A DNA stretch of 64,000 bases from Octopus sinensis (taxonomy: Eukaryota): positions 30,008,001-30,072,000 of the forward strand of contig NC_043005.1 in assembly GCF_006345805.1 (NCBI RefSeq), written 5' to 3'. Position 1 is the first letter of the stretch. The number at the start of each line of letters is the position of its first letter. The notes beneath the pieces were generated by a model. It had not been told where the DNA came from. It searched no databases and was given only the letters and a program-made list of their open reading frames with translations. Shown here piece after piece: positions 42,240 through 53,862 of this stretch. The position numbers and the translations under genes are program-made.

Positions 42240-43350
42240 ATGAACTTTGTTTACCGATGGAACAAGATACTTCAGGATATCTTTTTGATGATGCAGACTA
42301 ATAAGATGGTTCTGAAATTATTGATCTCCTTTGAAGTGTCCTTCTTAGGGATCCAAACACCTCCAATGTACCTCTATTGGTTAGTAACCCTTCCCATCTG
42401 CCAGTTCACTTTCACCATTGCAAGTCATTGCAAGACTCTCAGACAACATTTACAGACACTGTAAAGTACTCTGCTGGACCCTGGAACAGAAGCAGACTCT
42501 GCTGCATAAATATACTTCTGAATTTCTCTCCAGCTTGGTTCACACATGCCAAACACAGTCATTGTGAGTGCTGGACTTAAGAGGATTTTGTTTTGGCCAA
42601 GTTCATGCTTTCCTGCAGGGTCACCAAGAAGCACGTGATTTCTTTCTTTTGCTCAGAACTTGAGGTTGCCACTTTGCATGTCACCCAGAAGTTCTTGGTA
42701 AAACCACAGGAGACTATTTAGGCCTTTCTCTTCTTCAGCTTCTGTACCCTTCTGCTTTGCCAACGATGATCTACTTCTTCAAGATGTCTCACAGCCCTAC
42801 TAGGGGTCAGTGTTCCTCTTCACTAGCTCCTTTGTTCTGCTTTTGAAGCCTTCTCAGCTCCTGCAACTGTTGTATTTTGGTGACCATGGGGTTTTTATTG
42901 TAGGTTTGTTTTTGTTTTACTTTGATGAAGCTGAATCTGACAGATGCATAGTGAATGATGCATGGCTAACGATGCATAGCGAACAATGCATGGCTAACAA
43001 TGCATAGCTGACGATGTCATTGCATTCAGTTGACTCTTAGTATCACCCTTTGATGTTGTCTGAAGGATCCTGCATACATCTTCAAATTATTGTCACCCAC
43101 TTTTGTTTGCTGGAAATCATTTGATCTACTGCATGGAGTCATGATGGGGAGGTACAACCAGATGATGGGACATGGTACTGTGGGTGAGTCTTGGTTCCTC
43201 ATGTAACTCACTAGAATGTGATCTTGGGTTTGCACTTGTTTCTTCTTATCCAAGCACATAGTTCTGGTCTGATGAATTTTGAGGCCATCCAGATTCTTGC
43301 ATTCTTTGCGAAACAGGCATCTTGTATTCATCATTCTTTTTCCTTCCACT
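42240..43350 (-). mobile_element. Decayed RLE-type non-LTR retrotransposon (HERO/NeSL/Utopia-like), 5' part
   Basis: N-terminal zinc-finger-like C..KECKNLDGLKIHQTRTMC; EPSWREIQ..AAESASVPGSSRV; VWIPKKDTSKEINNFRTIL (start of the RT domain). Confidence 0.7.
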
Positions 43351-45178
43351 TGGGGGGGAAATTTCTAAATCCCTCCTGTTGGGAATCTCATTCTCCCCTA
43401 CTCTCAGGATCCTTGGGGGTGTGCTTTATATGAGTCACCTATAGCAAGGAAAGAGTTTTCAAGTTAACTTTCTAGTCCAACTTGCAGTGAATGCCATTTT
43501 CTTCATTGTCCACTGACTTTCTAGAAGTTACCAAACCATTCTTGGTTGACATCTGGTGCTCTCAGTCGTCACTAGTTCACCCAGGTACTTAGTTCCAAGA
43601 AACATATCACAGATGCTCTTTGCACATGTCATTAATGATGTTTCTAATGTCTGAAGAAGTTATGGGTCTTTCAACATCAGACCACCCACATCCAAGTGAC
43701 CCACCTTGGGCTGATCAGGTCCTAGATGCACCCCAGTAGCAGCAAATTACCTCTTTACCAAAAATACTAAGTGGCCCTCTCTGCAGCTATGGTGATGGAA
43801 TGTATGGGCCTTCCTTTTGCTGTACCAGTAATACCACTTATCAATCCCTGACAGAGCTTTGCATAGGTAATACCACTATAATGTCAGTCTTCAATAAAAT
43901 CACTGGAATCTTGGCAACCATTTCTGCTACCTCATGTTCTGTAGAACATTCTTTTGCTTTCTGTGGTCTTAGGCAAATGTAGAATTTATCCAAGGAATAC
44001 AATATGCCAAATATGACTAAACAGTGTAGTAATATTGAATAATAAAAGGGTGGCACAGGGAAATGACAAAGGAAAAACAAGAAAAAACATACAATGGATA
44101 TGGACACACTCAACCCTTCATCAGTTGTCAACCAAATATCATTACAGTTTTGACAAATATTAATATTGAATGAAAGTATTCTGACATTTCTCTGAAAGCA
44201 AAATTATTGAGGAAAAAAATTGATATTTCTCCTACTAAGAAAGACAGATGGCAATATTTCTTAAAGTTGCATTTTGTGTGATTTGGTCTGACAGATAGAC
44301 TTTTATAAGACATTGGTAGTTGTGTTTCGATTTGTGAAAAACTTTGGGCAAATCAACCCCTTTGGCTCCCTTGAACAAAGAAACCTCATACACCAAGATG
44401 TCAGAGATTAGAAATCATTTAATACAATTTAAAGCCCTACTAGAGTAGATCAGGGCTTCAACCTCTGTTTTGGGACTTGACATAGATATTTCATACAAGA
44501 CACCACTGTAAGAGGGTTTTTTTTTACTACATCTTTAATGATGCGGTGGAGGTGGGAGGAGACCACTATATCCTTAGCCAACTCAAATAAGATCATAAAA
44601 GATCATAATTTGCTCTTGATTAATATATTTTCAGCCAGTGACATTGGAAAGGTACAAGGGACCTGGACCACTAATAACCAAGATTTTCTCATTATTGGTG
44701 TCTCATCCTACTGAAGTTATTTATCAAGTGATGCTCCTGATGGTGTTTGACTGTTCCAGTGTCTCAGCCTCGCCATCATCTGCCATAATGCTGTCAGTAT
44801 TTAAGGTTACCTTAAATTATTTTTGAGACAAATAACAATATTCCACGTTTTAGTTGTAACTGAGGAAGCATGTGTGTTTTTTTGAAGCAATTTTGATTGT
44901 TATTCTCCATTTGCATTTTGTTATTAGCCTTCCGTTTCCTCATTAAATTCAAATTTATGGCAGCGAACTGGCAGAAGCATCTGTGTGTCAGACACAGTGC
45001 TTTGCAACAGTTTTTCTGGCTTTTTATGTTCTCAGTTCAAATTTTGCTGAGGTTGACTTCACATTTCATTCTTTCAGTTGAACATTGGGGTCGATGTGAT
45101 CAACTATTCCTTTCCTAAAACTGTTGTCCTTGTTTCAATATCTGAAACTGTTGTTGTTGTTGTTGCTGTTATTATTAT

Positions 45179-46018
45179 TGGTCTAACGAATGGGACCTGT
45201 GTCTGATGGTCTAACGAATGGGACCTGTGTCTGAACGTGTCAAAGTGCTGTCATCTGCCTGTTGGCTCTCCTCCTGCAACTCAACTTGATTTCGAGCCGG
45301 GTCGTCTGCTGCTGGAGAGGACCGATCAGGTAAAGGACCTGGGTATCTTGGTGGATTCCTCCTTTTCGCCTTCAGCCCAGTGCGTCCATGCTGCCGACAA
45401 AGCACGTGGAATTCTGTTCTTGATTTGACGGTCATTCGGAATGCTCACAGCAGCCATATTCCTACCGCTCTAGGTCACGCTGGCGAGACCCATATTGGAG
45501 TACAGGATTCAAGCCTTTTCTCCTTATCTCCTCAAAGACATATAGCATCTCGAAAGAGTCCAGAAGTTGGCTACCCGCATGGTTCTTGGTCTCAAGAATT
45601 TGTCTTATGAAGAAAGGCTGAAGACACTCGACCTTTATTCTCTAGAAAAACGACGACGCCGTGGAGATCTCATTCTTGCTCACAACATCATAAGCGGAAA
45701 GTGTAACCTCTCAAAAGAGCTGTTCTTCACTCCTGCTCCAGAGCGTCGGCTGCGGGGTCATTCTGAAAAGTTCTATCTGCGACGATTTCATCTCAATCGA
45801 AGGAGAGGGGCTTTCTCTGTCCGGGTTGCGGATCCGTGGAATAAGCTGCCAGACGAGATGGTGAGGATGCCGACGACCGCTTGGTTCAAAGTCTCCCTTG
45901 ACCTCAAGTGGCCTGAACTCTTTACATGAACACCACCCTGTACATAACTCCATGTCCTCCTACATGGCCCTGCTTTTTGCTTTTTGAGCCAAAAATTAAT
46001 TAACTAACTAACTAACTA
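45179..46018 (+). mobile_element. Young CR1-clade LINE, 5'-truncated
   Basis: EWDLCLNVSKC, KDLGILVDS, LERVQKLATRMV, LSYEERL..LDLYSLEKRRRRGDLI, WNKLP; CpG-rich; (taac)n tail; inserted in an (ATT)n run. Confidence 0.92.
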
Positions 46019-46367
46019 TCATTGTTATTATTATTATTATTACTTTTTTCTTAAAGAAATCATACAAGTGCAATATTTTCACAGTCAATTATACTACAGA
46101 TCCCATTTTTGAAATATAACAACTAAATACAAAGAAACAGAAAAGAAAGAAAAAAAGGTGGTGTAAAGCAGGAGAAGATGGGGTCGATAGACCGCATCCC
46201 GCTAGACTAAATGATGTGCTCAGCCGCGCCCCTTGCAATTGACTACGATGACATTGCCGTGGAGAATGGCCAGAGACATTTGGTGTGGCAGCCACTCCAC
46301 TTTGCGGGGCTTGTTTCTCAGACGGGCCGCCGTTATCCAGATTTTGCCGAGGAAATCGATCGTTCAA

Positions 46368-46600
46368 TTATTAAATTCGACGGACGTCAGCGATTGGTAG
46401 CAGACACAAGTTGGAATTCTCCGTTTTGACGGGAATTTACCAGACTTTTTTTCCCCGGTGCCCCTGGAAATGATGGGGAGCATCTTTTTAGCCAAAAAAA
46501 AGGGCACCGGGAAAAAAAAAAGACATCTGAAAAATCTCCGTCAAATCAAAGAAATTCCAACTTGTGTCTTCTACCTATTGTCCGCCTTAAATTTGAATAA
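46368..46600. repeat. Imperfect inverted repeat (about 96-bp arms, 38-nt loop) in a CpG-rich unique region
   Basis: 46368-46463 pairs with 46502-46600; the block ggtagcagacacaagttggaatt matches 22/23. Confidence 0.8.
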
Positions 46601-47084
46601 AAGAAACGTTTGGAGGTGACAGTCATTATATGGTACTGGCTCTAGTTTTATTGTTTGTTTTATTGCTTCAGTTTGTTTTTTATTGTCTTCTATTTAACTG
46701 GATATAACTGGAAGTCTGTAGGTTTTTATTGGTTTATTAACTACCGAACGACTACATTTTAATAACATTAGAATTATTGTGTTAGATATTAGTTGACTTG
46801 TAATGGTAGATAGAAACATGTTTTATATTGTTTAGTTTTGTTCGTTTATCTTTTAACAGTAATTAGAAATAAAAATGTTTTTTTTATTTATTCATTCATT
46901 CATTATTTAATGCCAAAATAGAACAATGTAATTTCCAAACGAAAGCTTTAACTATCTCAATAAGCTTTATGAATAAATAAGAACATTGATTATTTTATGT
47001 GATATAAGAAGGGCGTAAATGGTTGTACAATGGACTAAAGCTACAACAATATTTAGCTTCGTTAGTCTATGTTCCTGAGTTCGT

Positions 47085-47245
47085 CCCTCGGACGACTCCA
47101 CACGTGAGTGTCTCCTGATATGACCGCCCCAAAGTTAATGGAATAATCAATAAAAGGGAAGTAACTCTAATTGGCAGCTGTCTGACGGAACCAAGCACCT
47201 GGCTGTTTCGTGTCGAACTTCTGAGTGGTGTCTAAGAAAGGAACA
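47085..47245 (+). promoter_or_regulatory. PTS: Probable PTS promoter and non-coding first exon
   Basis: CpG-rich unique segment with E-box CACGTG, GC-box-like gaccgcccc and reverse CCAAT (attggc). Strong donor gaaca|gtaagt at 47245/47246; matching acceptor ttccag at 51896 lies 4 nt before the PTS ATG. Confidence 0.5.
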
Positions 47246-50200
47246 GTAAGTATCTTATAATAATGTATGCTGTTTATAAGCAAGAACCAACTATTTATTT
47301 GTTTATTCTCATAATAAATAGAGCGTAGTGTTTCTGTTTCTTTTTCTCTCTCAGTCTTTCTAATATCTTTAGAATTAGTAACTATAAGATTTTGTTTACG
47401 CTGTCAGCTGTCCGGGCGCGTACTCAATCGATCTGTTCTATCGTTAAATACATTTAGCTAAACGGATGAACAAGTGTTGTTTATATCATACACGTTGTAT
47501 TGCTGTAAATGGCTACGACCCCGTTTATCAAAAGACCGTTTGTATTTCTGTGTCTTGCTTGTGTGACAAATGTTTTTTTTTTTTTCTCTCTGAAACTGAG
47601 TGTTAGGACTAAAACACACGTCTTTTATTCATTTAAGCTTCTCATTCATTTACTTTGATGTTATTAACCGTTTTAAAGCAAAAAGAAAAGAAAGAAAAAC
47701 AAAACTGGTCTTCGAATTTTTGAGACTTGCATGACAAAAATTACTGAAATGCCAAGAAAAAAAAAATCAAATTAAATTATTTTTAAATAAAAAATAATAA
47801 TAAGCAGTAAAAATAATTGGGCAATCTTTCGAAGAAAGTATATGAAAAGTGAAACTATTTGCTTGTCAATTTCTGTAAAAATTATTATTTTTTTGATATT
47901 TTTTTTCAGCAGAATCAGTTATGTTTATACATTTTTGTGTGTATGTATGATGTGTTTATGTGTGTATGTATATTTGTGTACATATATATATATATATGTG
48001 TGTGTGTGTATAAGTATGTGTATTTGTGTATGTACACAAGTATACATGTGTATACACATACGTACACAAGTATACATACATGCATATAAGCACATACATA
48101 TACTTACATACATAAACAAAAAATGCATAAACATAATCTATTCAGCTAAAATAAAATTAAAGAAATAAATTTTTTTTACAGAAATTGCCAAACAGCTTCA
48201 CTTCTGGTGTACTTTCTTTGAAAGATTGACAAAAAGTGCTTTAACAAAAACCCAATGAGGAATCTGCTTTTTAAAGGAATTTGTCTACTAATGACCTGAA
48301 TAATGGCATGTGTTTTGTGGTAGGCTTCTTAATTATCAAAGAGACATATTGGTATTGGACCATTTTCATTTACTGTAAATACTTCTGTGGTGTCACATAA
48401 GTGACACCCATGCCAGTGGCACGTAAAAAGCACTCCTTACACTCTTAGAGTGGTTAGGAAGGGAATCCAAGCCAAATCAGGCTGGAACCTGGTGAAGTTC
48501 TCCTGCTTACCAGTTCCAGTCAAACCATCCAACCCATGCCAGCATGGAAAGCAGACACTCAATGATGATGATATTCAAAGGCAAAAGTTTATTTTTAAAA
48601 GTCAAAATACATTTTTGTAAATAAAAATATTTTTTTTTCTGTTACTTGTTTCAATTATTGGTCTGCTGACATGCGGGGACACCCACCTTGAAGGGTTTAT
48701 ATAAATAAATGAACCCCAGGACTTAAAATAAATCTGGAAATTATTTTATTGGCTTTCCTTGCCAAACTGCTAAGTTATGAGATCATAAACAAATGCTTGT
48801 TGTCAAGTGGTATATAAGGCGGCGAGCTGGCAGAAATGTTAGCACGCCGGGCGAAATGCTTAGCAGTATTTCGTCTGCCACTACATTCTGAGTTCAAATT
48901 CTGCTGAGGTCGACTTTGCCTTTCATCCTTTTGGGGTCAATAAATTAAGTACCAGTTACGCACTGGGGTTGATATAATCGACTTAATCCGTTTGTCAGTC
49001 CTTGTTTGTCCTCTCTGTGTTTAGTCCCTTGTGGGTAGTAAAGAAATAGGTATGTAGGTGGGGGACACACCCAAAAACATACATACACACATGTATGCAT
49101 GCATACATATAGGTGCGGGGGGGGCACTCCATCGGGTATGGTGATAAGTGTTCTAGTAGCTGAGTACACCACAGACATGTGTACTCTTAACATAGTCCTC
49201 ATGGAGATTCAGCACGAACTAGAATGTGACGAAGCTGACCTTTGAATTACAAGTACAACTCATTTTCACCAGCTGAGTGGACTGGAATTATGTGAAATAA
49301 AGGGTCTTGCTCAAGGACACAATGTGTCACCAGGAATCGAACCCATAACCTTGTGATTGTGAGCCACTGATCTATGTGCCTTCAAACACAAACACACACA
49401 TCTTCATCATTTAATGTCCCTTTTTCTGTGCTGGCATCGGTTGGATGGTTCCACAGGAACTGACCAGACAGAGGACTGCACCAGTCTCTGCTATCTGCTT
49501 TGGTATGTTCTCTACCACTAAATGGCCTTATTAACACCGACTACTTTACAGAGTGCACTGGGTGTTTTGTATGTGGCACAAGTACCAGTGAGGTCACCAA
49601 GTAATTTCCAAGACAAAAAGCCATCAACTGAGGGGTGGGGCAGTAGTATTGAAGGACAGAAAAAGGAATCTTGCATTAGAGGGGAAGCCAGGTGAGGAGG
49701 GAGAAGATGGTGGTGACAGCGAGTGGGCCAGGGGAAGGAGAGTGGGTGGGTGAGTTCATGAGATTGCACAGGTAGAGGGGTAGATGTATTGGGAGGATGG
49801 GTTGTTGGGAAGAGATTCAACTGAGACATACTGTGTGCAGGTAGGTATGTGGGGGAGGGCAGGGTGGATGCAGAGGTGAGTGAGCATGGTTGGGAGAAAG
49901 CAATGTTGGGAAGATGGGTTGTGGTGGGAGGACTCTACAGGCTTCCACACAGTTTCTATCTGCCAATTCACTTATAAAGCATTGGTCAGTTGAGAGCCAA
50001 AAGAAGACATTTTCCCGAGGTGCCATAGAGTGGGACTGAATCCAAAACCATGTGGTTACAAATTCAGCTTCTTAGCCACTCAGCCACATTTGCACCTGTT
50101 GTCATCATCATCCTTTCGTGTCTGTTGTCCATGCTGGCACGGGTTGGACGGTTTGACCAAAGTTGGCAAGCAGAAGAGCTACACCAGATTCCTGAATATG

Positions 50201-50438
50201 GTTTCTACGGCTGGATGCCCTTCCTGATGCCAACCACTTGATAGTATGTGCTGGATGCTTTTAACATGGCATTGGCACAAGCACTTCCATGTGGCACTGG
50301 CACAAATACTGTTTATGTGGCACCTGCACAGGGTCCTTGTAGGCCAATCCTCTTAAAAAAAAACAGAATCCTATTTTAAATACTCTGATCCATCTCATCA
50401 AATTATCCATTGGAGAAATTTATAGAAATTGAATGAAC

Positions 50439-50818
50439 ATTATTTACATTCGACGGATATTTGTCCTCATCTTGTTTGTTGTTAACACGTTTCGGCTGAT
50501 ATACCCTCCAACCTTCATCAGGTGTCTTGGGGGAAATTTGGAACCTGGATTCTCATTCCTAAGGTATTTTTCAGTGTTATTATTATTGGGTATATGGCAT
50601 AGTGGTTAAGAGTATGGGCTACTAACCCCAAGATTCCAAGTTTGATGCCAAGCAGTGACTTGAATAATAATAATAATAATGACATCAAAAATATCTTAGC
50701 AATGAGAACCCAGGTTCAAAATTTCCCCAAGACACCTGATGAAGGCTGGAGGCTATAACAGCTGAAACGTGTTAACAACAAACAAGATGAGAACAAATAT
50801 CCGTCAAATGTAAATAAT
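50439..50818. mobile_element. Inverted-repeat element: two about 145-bp Penelope-like arms flanking a tRNA-like core
   Basis: 50439-50586 is the reverse complement of 50666-50818; each arm carries gacacCTGATGAagg(c/t)tgg...cag(c/t)GAAACGT; core 50588-50655 has an A box tggcatagtgg and a degenerate B box. Confidence 0.75.
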
Positions 50819-51058
50819 TCCTCGTCTCTTAAATATAGAACTGAAATTGAATGAAGCTTAAAATTTTGAAGGTGTTGTTGGAATATATTCACTAAAAACA
50901 AACTTTAGGTAAATTAAAATATGTTAATATTAATATATTCAAAAATGAGGGTGAAAAAATTAGATATTAATTTAATAATACCCTTATTTTAACACCAAGC
51001 GACCTAGCACAATAAACCAGGGAGAATATTTACGGATTAATATTAATATATTAATCTT

Positions 51059-51230
51059 TAAAGGCAAATTCACTGCAGTTGCTGTGGAAAAAATTCTCGC
51101 ATATGTTAAAAGGTGTAAAAACAGTAACAGTCCACTAGGGGGAGACACTGAGAAGATATGATGTTTTTACACTGTTTCCATAAGTGAGGGGTTTTTTTCC
51201 TCCATGGTAGCTGTAGTGAATTTGCCTTTA
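51059..51230. mobile_element. MITE with about 35-bp imperfect TIRs
   Basis: taaaggcaaattcactgcagttgctgtggaaaaaa / ttttcctccatggtagctgtagtgaatttgccttta. Confidence 0.65.
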
Positions 51231-51361
51231 GAAGTTGAAATATGACATGAACATTTTTTAACTAACCTCATGTTGTTTTATTCTTCGTCACTGCTCATAC
51301 TATTGTATTTATTCTGACCGGGGAGTCTGAGAGTGCAACTCAGTCACTGATATTCACTGTT

Positions 51362-51592
51362 TTAACCCATTAAGTCCCAGAGTACTTAAATTTCTGAATA
51401 TTACTGTAAAATTTTGACAGATGATTGAAAATAGGTTAAAATGAAAAAAAAAATTATTAAAACTCCTTTACTTCAAGTAGAAATAGAAATACTTGGTGTC
51501 CTATAAATAGGACACTGAGACAATGTGATATAGCTTCTTCAATGTTCTCATTTAGTGTCCTATTTATAGGACAGTGGGACTTAATGGGTTAA
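51362..51592. mobile_element. piggyBac-type MITE
   Basis: TTAA duplicated at 51362-51365 and 51589-51592; 14-bp perfect TIR cccattaagtccca; subterminal inverted tgtcctataaataggacact / agtgtcctatttataggaca. Confidence 0.85.
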
Positions 51593-51900
51593 GATAAAGC
51601 TATGGCATTAGAATCTACTCAAGTTATCTCCCTTCAGTATCTCCTATTGAGGAAGGCTAAGGAGGTAGAAACAAGTCTGGGAATTTGCTAAAGAGAAATA
51701 CCAAGCAGATATAGTATTTTACACCTTTTACCATGATAACTGCAGTGAATTTGTCTTTGGACATTAAAATATGCCACAAACCTATTTTAACTAACCTAAA
51801 GTTCTTTTATTCTTCATCACTGCTTAGCGCTGATATTGTATATTTTAATATATTTCCTGTTTTAGTATTTATATTTTTTCTTCAATGGCCTTCCAGTAAA

Positions 51901-51977
51901 ATGCCCAGTGACAATGACCGACCAGTTGTCTTGGCCCGCCGTATCGAAACATTTAGTGCCTGCCATAGATTACACAA
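51901..51977 (+). CDS. PTS: 6-pyruvoyl-tetrahydropterin synthase, coding exon 1
   Basis: MPSDNDRPVVLARRIETFSACHRLH(N), FS(A)xHRL motif; donor aa|gtaagt. Confidence 0.93.
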
Positions 51978-52777
51978 GTAAGTAACAGTTTCTTCAGATT
52001 TCTCTATAAGAGACCTGTCCAATAAGTTGTTCTGTACAATGGATTATCTCTTTTTCTAGTTTTGGTGGATTAAGTCTACAAACACCAATTAGAGAAATAA
52101 TGTGAAAATGTTAAAAGGAGAGGAATCTGGAGAGAGAGAAAGAGAGACAGACAAACAAACAGAGTCTATGGAGGGACTTGGTGGGATAAAAATAGTATTT
52201 TTAGACTTTTTTTGTGATTTGTTAAAGATAATTGGAGATTTGAGATCAATAGTAGATTATTACAACAACACTAAAATACCGATAAGGGATTTCAGGATTA
52301 CCATTAGTTGTAGCTGAAGGCTTATATCATCATTCATGGTGAAAAAAGAAACAGTTGCAGCTTTGTCATCATATGTATATATCATCATCATCATCATCAT
52401 CATCTGCCTTTCATGCTTGCATGGGTGAGATGGTTTCACAAGAGCCAGCCAGGCAGAAGCCTGCACCAGACTTCTGTGACTGTTTTGGCAGGATTTTTAC
52501 AGCTGGATTCCCTTCCTAACACCAAGCACTTTACAGTATGGACTGGGCACTTTTAAGTGGCACCTGTACTGACATGGTCATCAAGTACTTGCAAGATGAG
52601 AGATAGAAACAGGTGTCTTGCTGTAGAGGAAATATACAAGGGATGCTGGAAATGGGCATTGAGCACAGGCCTTGTGTAAACTAACTTTTATGCACCACAT
52701 AGCTAGATGGGCTCAGACAAAAACCATAGTATTTAATAATTATAATAATTATTATCATTATCATTAAAATGTTAATA

Positions 52778-53766
52778 TACAGGGGTTGGACAAAATGATG
52801 AAAACACCTTAAAATTTCCAACAAATTTATTTTAATATGGGGTAGGACCACCTTTGGGAGTAATTACAGCTTGAATTCTACAAGGTATGGACTCGTACAA
52901 AGTTTGAATTGTTTCCAAAGGAATTTTTGTCCATTTTTCAGCTCTTGTAGTGATGATGGTTGAGGATATCGACTCCTTACTTGTTTTTCTAAAATGCACC
53001 ATAGATGTTCGATAATATTGAGATCCGGAGACTGTGGTGCCCAGATAAGATGTTCAACTTCACTAGAATGTTCCTTGAGCCATTCAGTAACAACTTTAGC
53101 TGTGTGAATTGGTGCATTATCATCCTGAAAGATTGCATTTCCCTCCAGAAACAGTCTCCACACGTATACTGAGACAGTGGTTGGAAATAAGGAAAAGGAT
53201 GACTCATTCAAGAAAATAACATTCTTCCACTGCTCAAGGGACCAATTCTGTAGGCTTTTACTTCACTCTAAACACTTTGCAACATTTGTTTTTGAAAGTA
53301 GTGGTTTTCTGATTGCTGCCCTCCCATGAAATCTGGCTTTGTGCAGCTCCCGGCAAACAGTTTTTGTGGAAACTGGATTCTCAAGGTGGTCGTTAGGCTC
53401 TGAAGTAATTTTGGGAGCTGTACTTTTGTGATCCATTCTAACAATTCGTGTAAGAGTCCGACGATCCCTATCTGAAAGTTTTGTTTTGAAGAGGAGGTTT
53501 TTCACTCTTTCTCAAAGGCTGTCATTACTTTCCAGACAGTATTTCTTGATACACCACAAAAGTGGCAAATATCCAAGTGAGACAGTATTTCTTTTCAGAT
53601 ATCATCAGGAAAAGGTAATTAAAATTCATTAAAATGACAGATCTATTGGACTTTCAAAGAGGTCAAATTGTTGGTGCTCGTGTGGCAGGCACTAGTGTAA
53701 GGAAAACAGCTGAAATGTTTGGTGTATCAAGAAATACTGTCTCGCTTGAATATTTGCCACTTTTGA
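52778..53766 (-). mobile_element. Degenerate Tc1-family transposon with an internally inverted 5' part
   Basis: TA+caggggttggacaaaa TIR at 52778; catalytic FQDDNAPIH and PQSPDLNIIEHLW on minus; N-terminal [16 protein letters not shown] on plus at about 53635-53740. Confidence 0.88.
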
Positions 53767-53829
53767 GGTTCTTCTCTCTATGAAACATATGCAGCTCTGA
53801 TCTTATATACTCCATTTCTTAACTTTTGG

Positions 53830-53862
<33 letters not shown>

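Noticed and set aside
46211-46429. 72-aa plus ORF and 92-aa minus ORF (46089-46367) as genes
   Set aside because: No recognisable domain or splice partner; open frames are expected in GC-richer DNA. Kept only as part of the hairpin finding.
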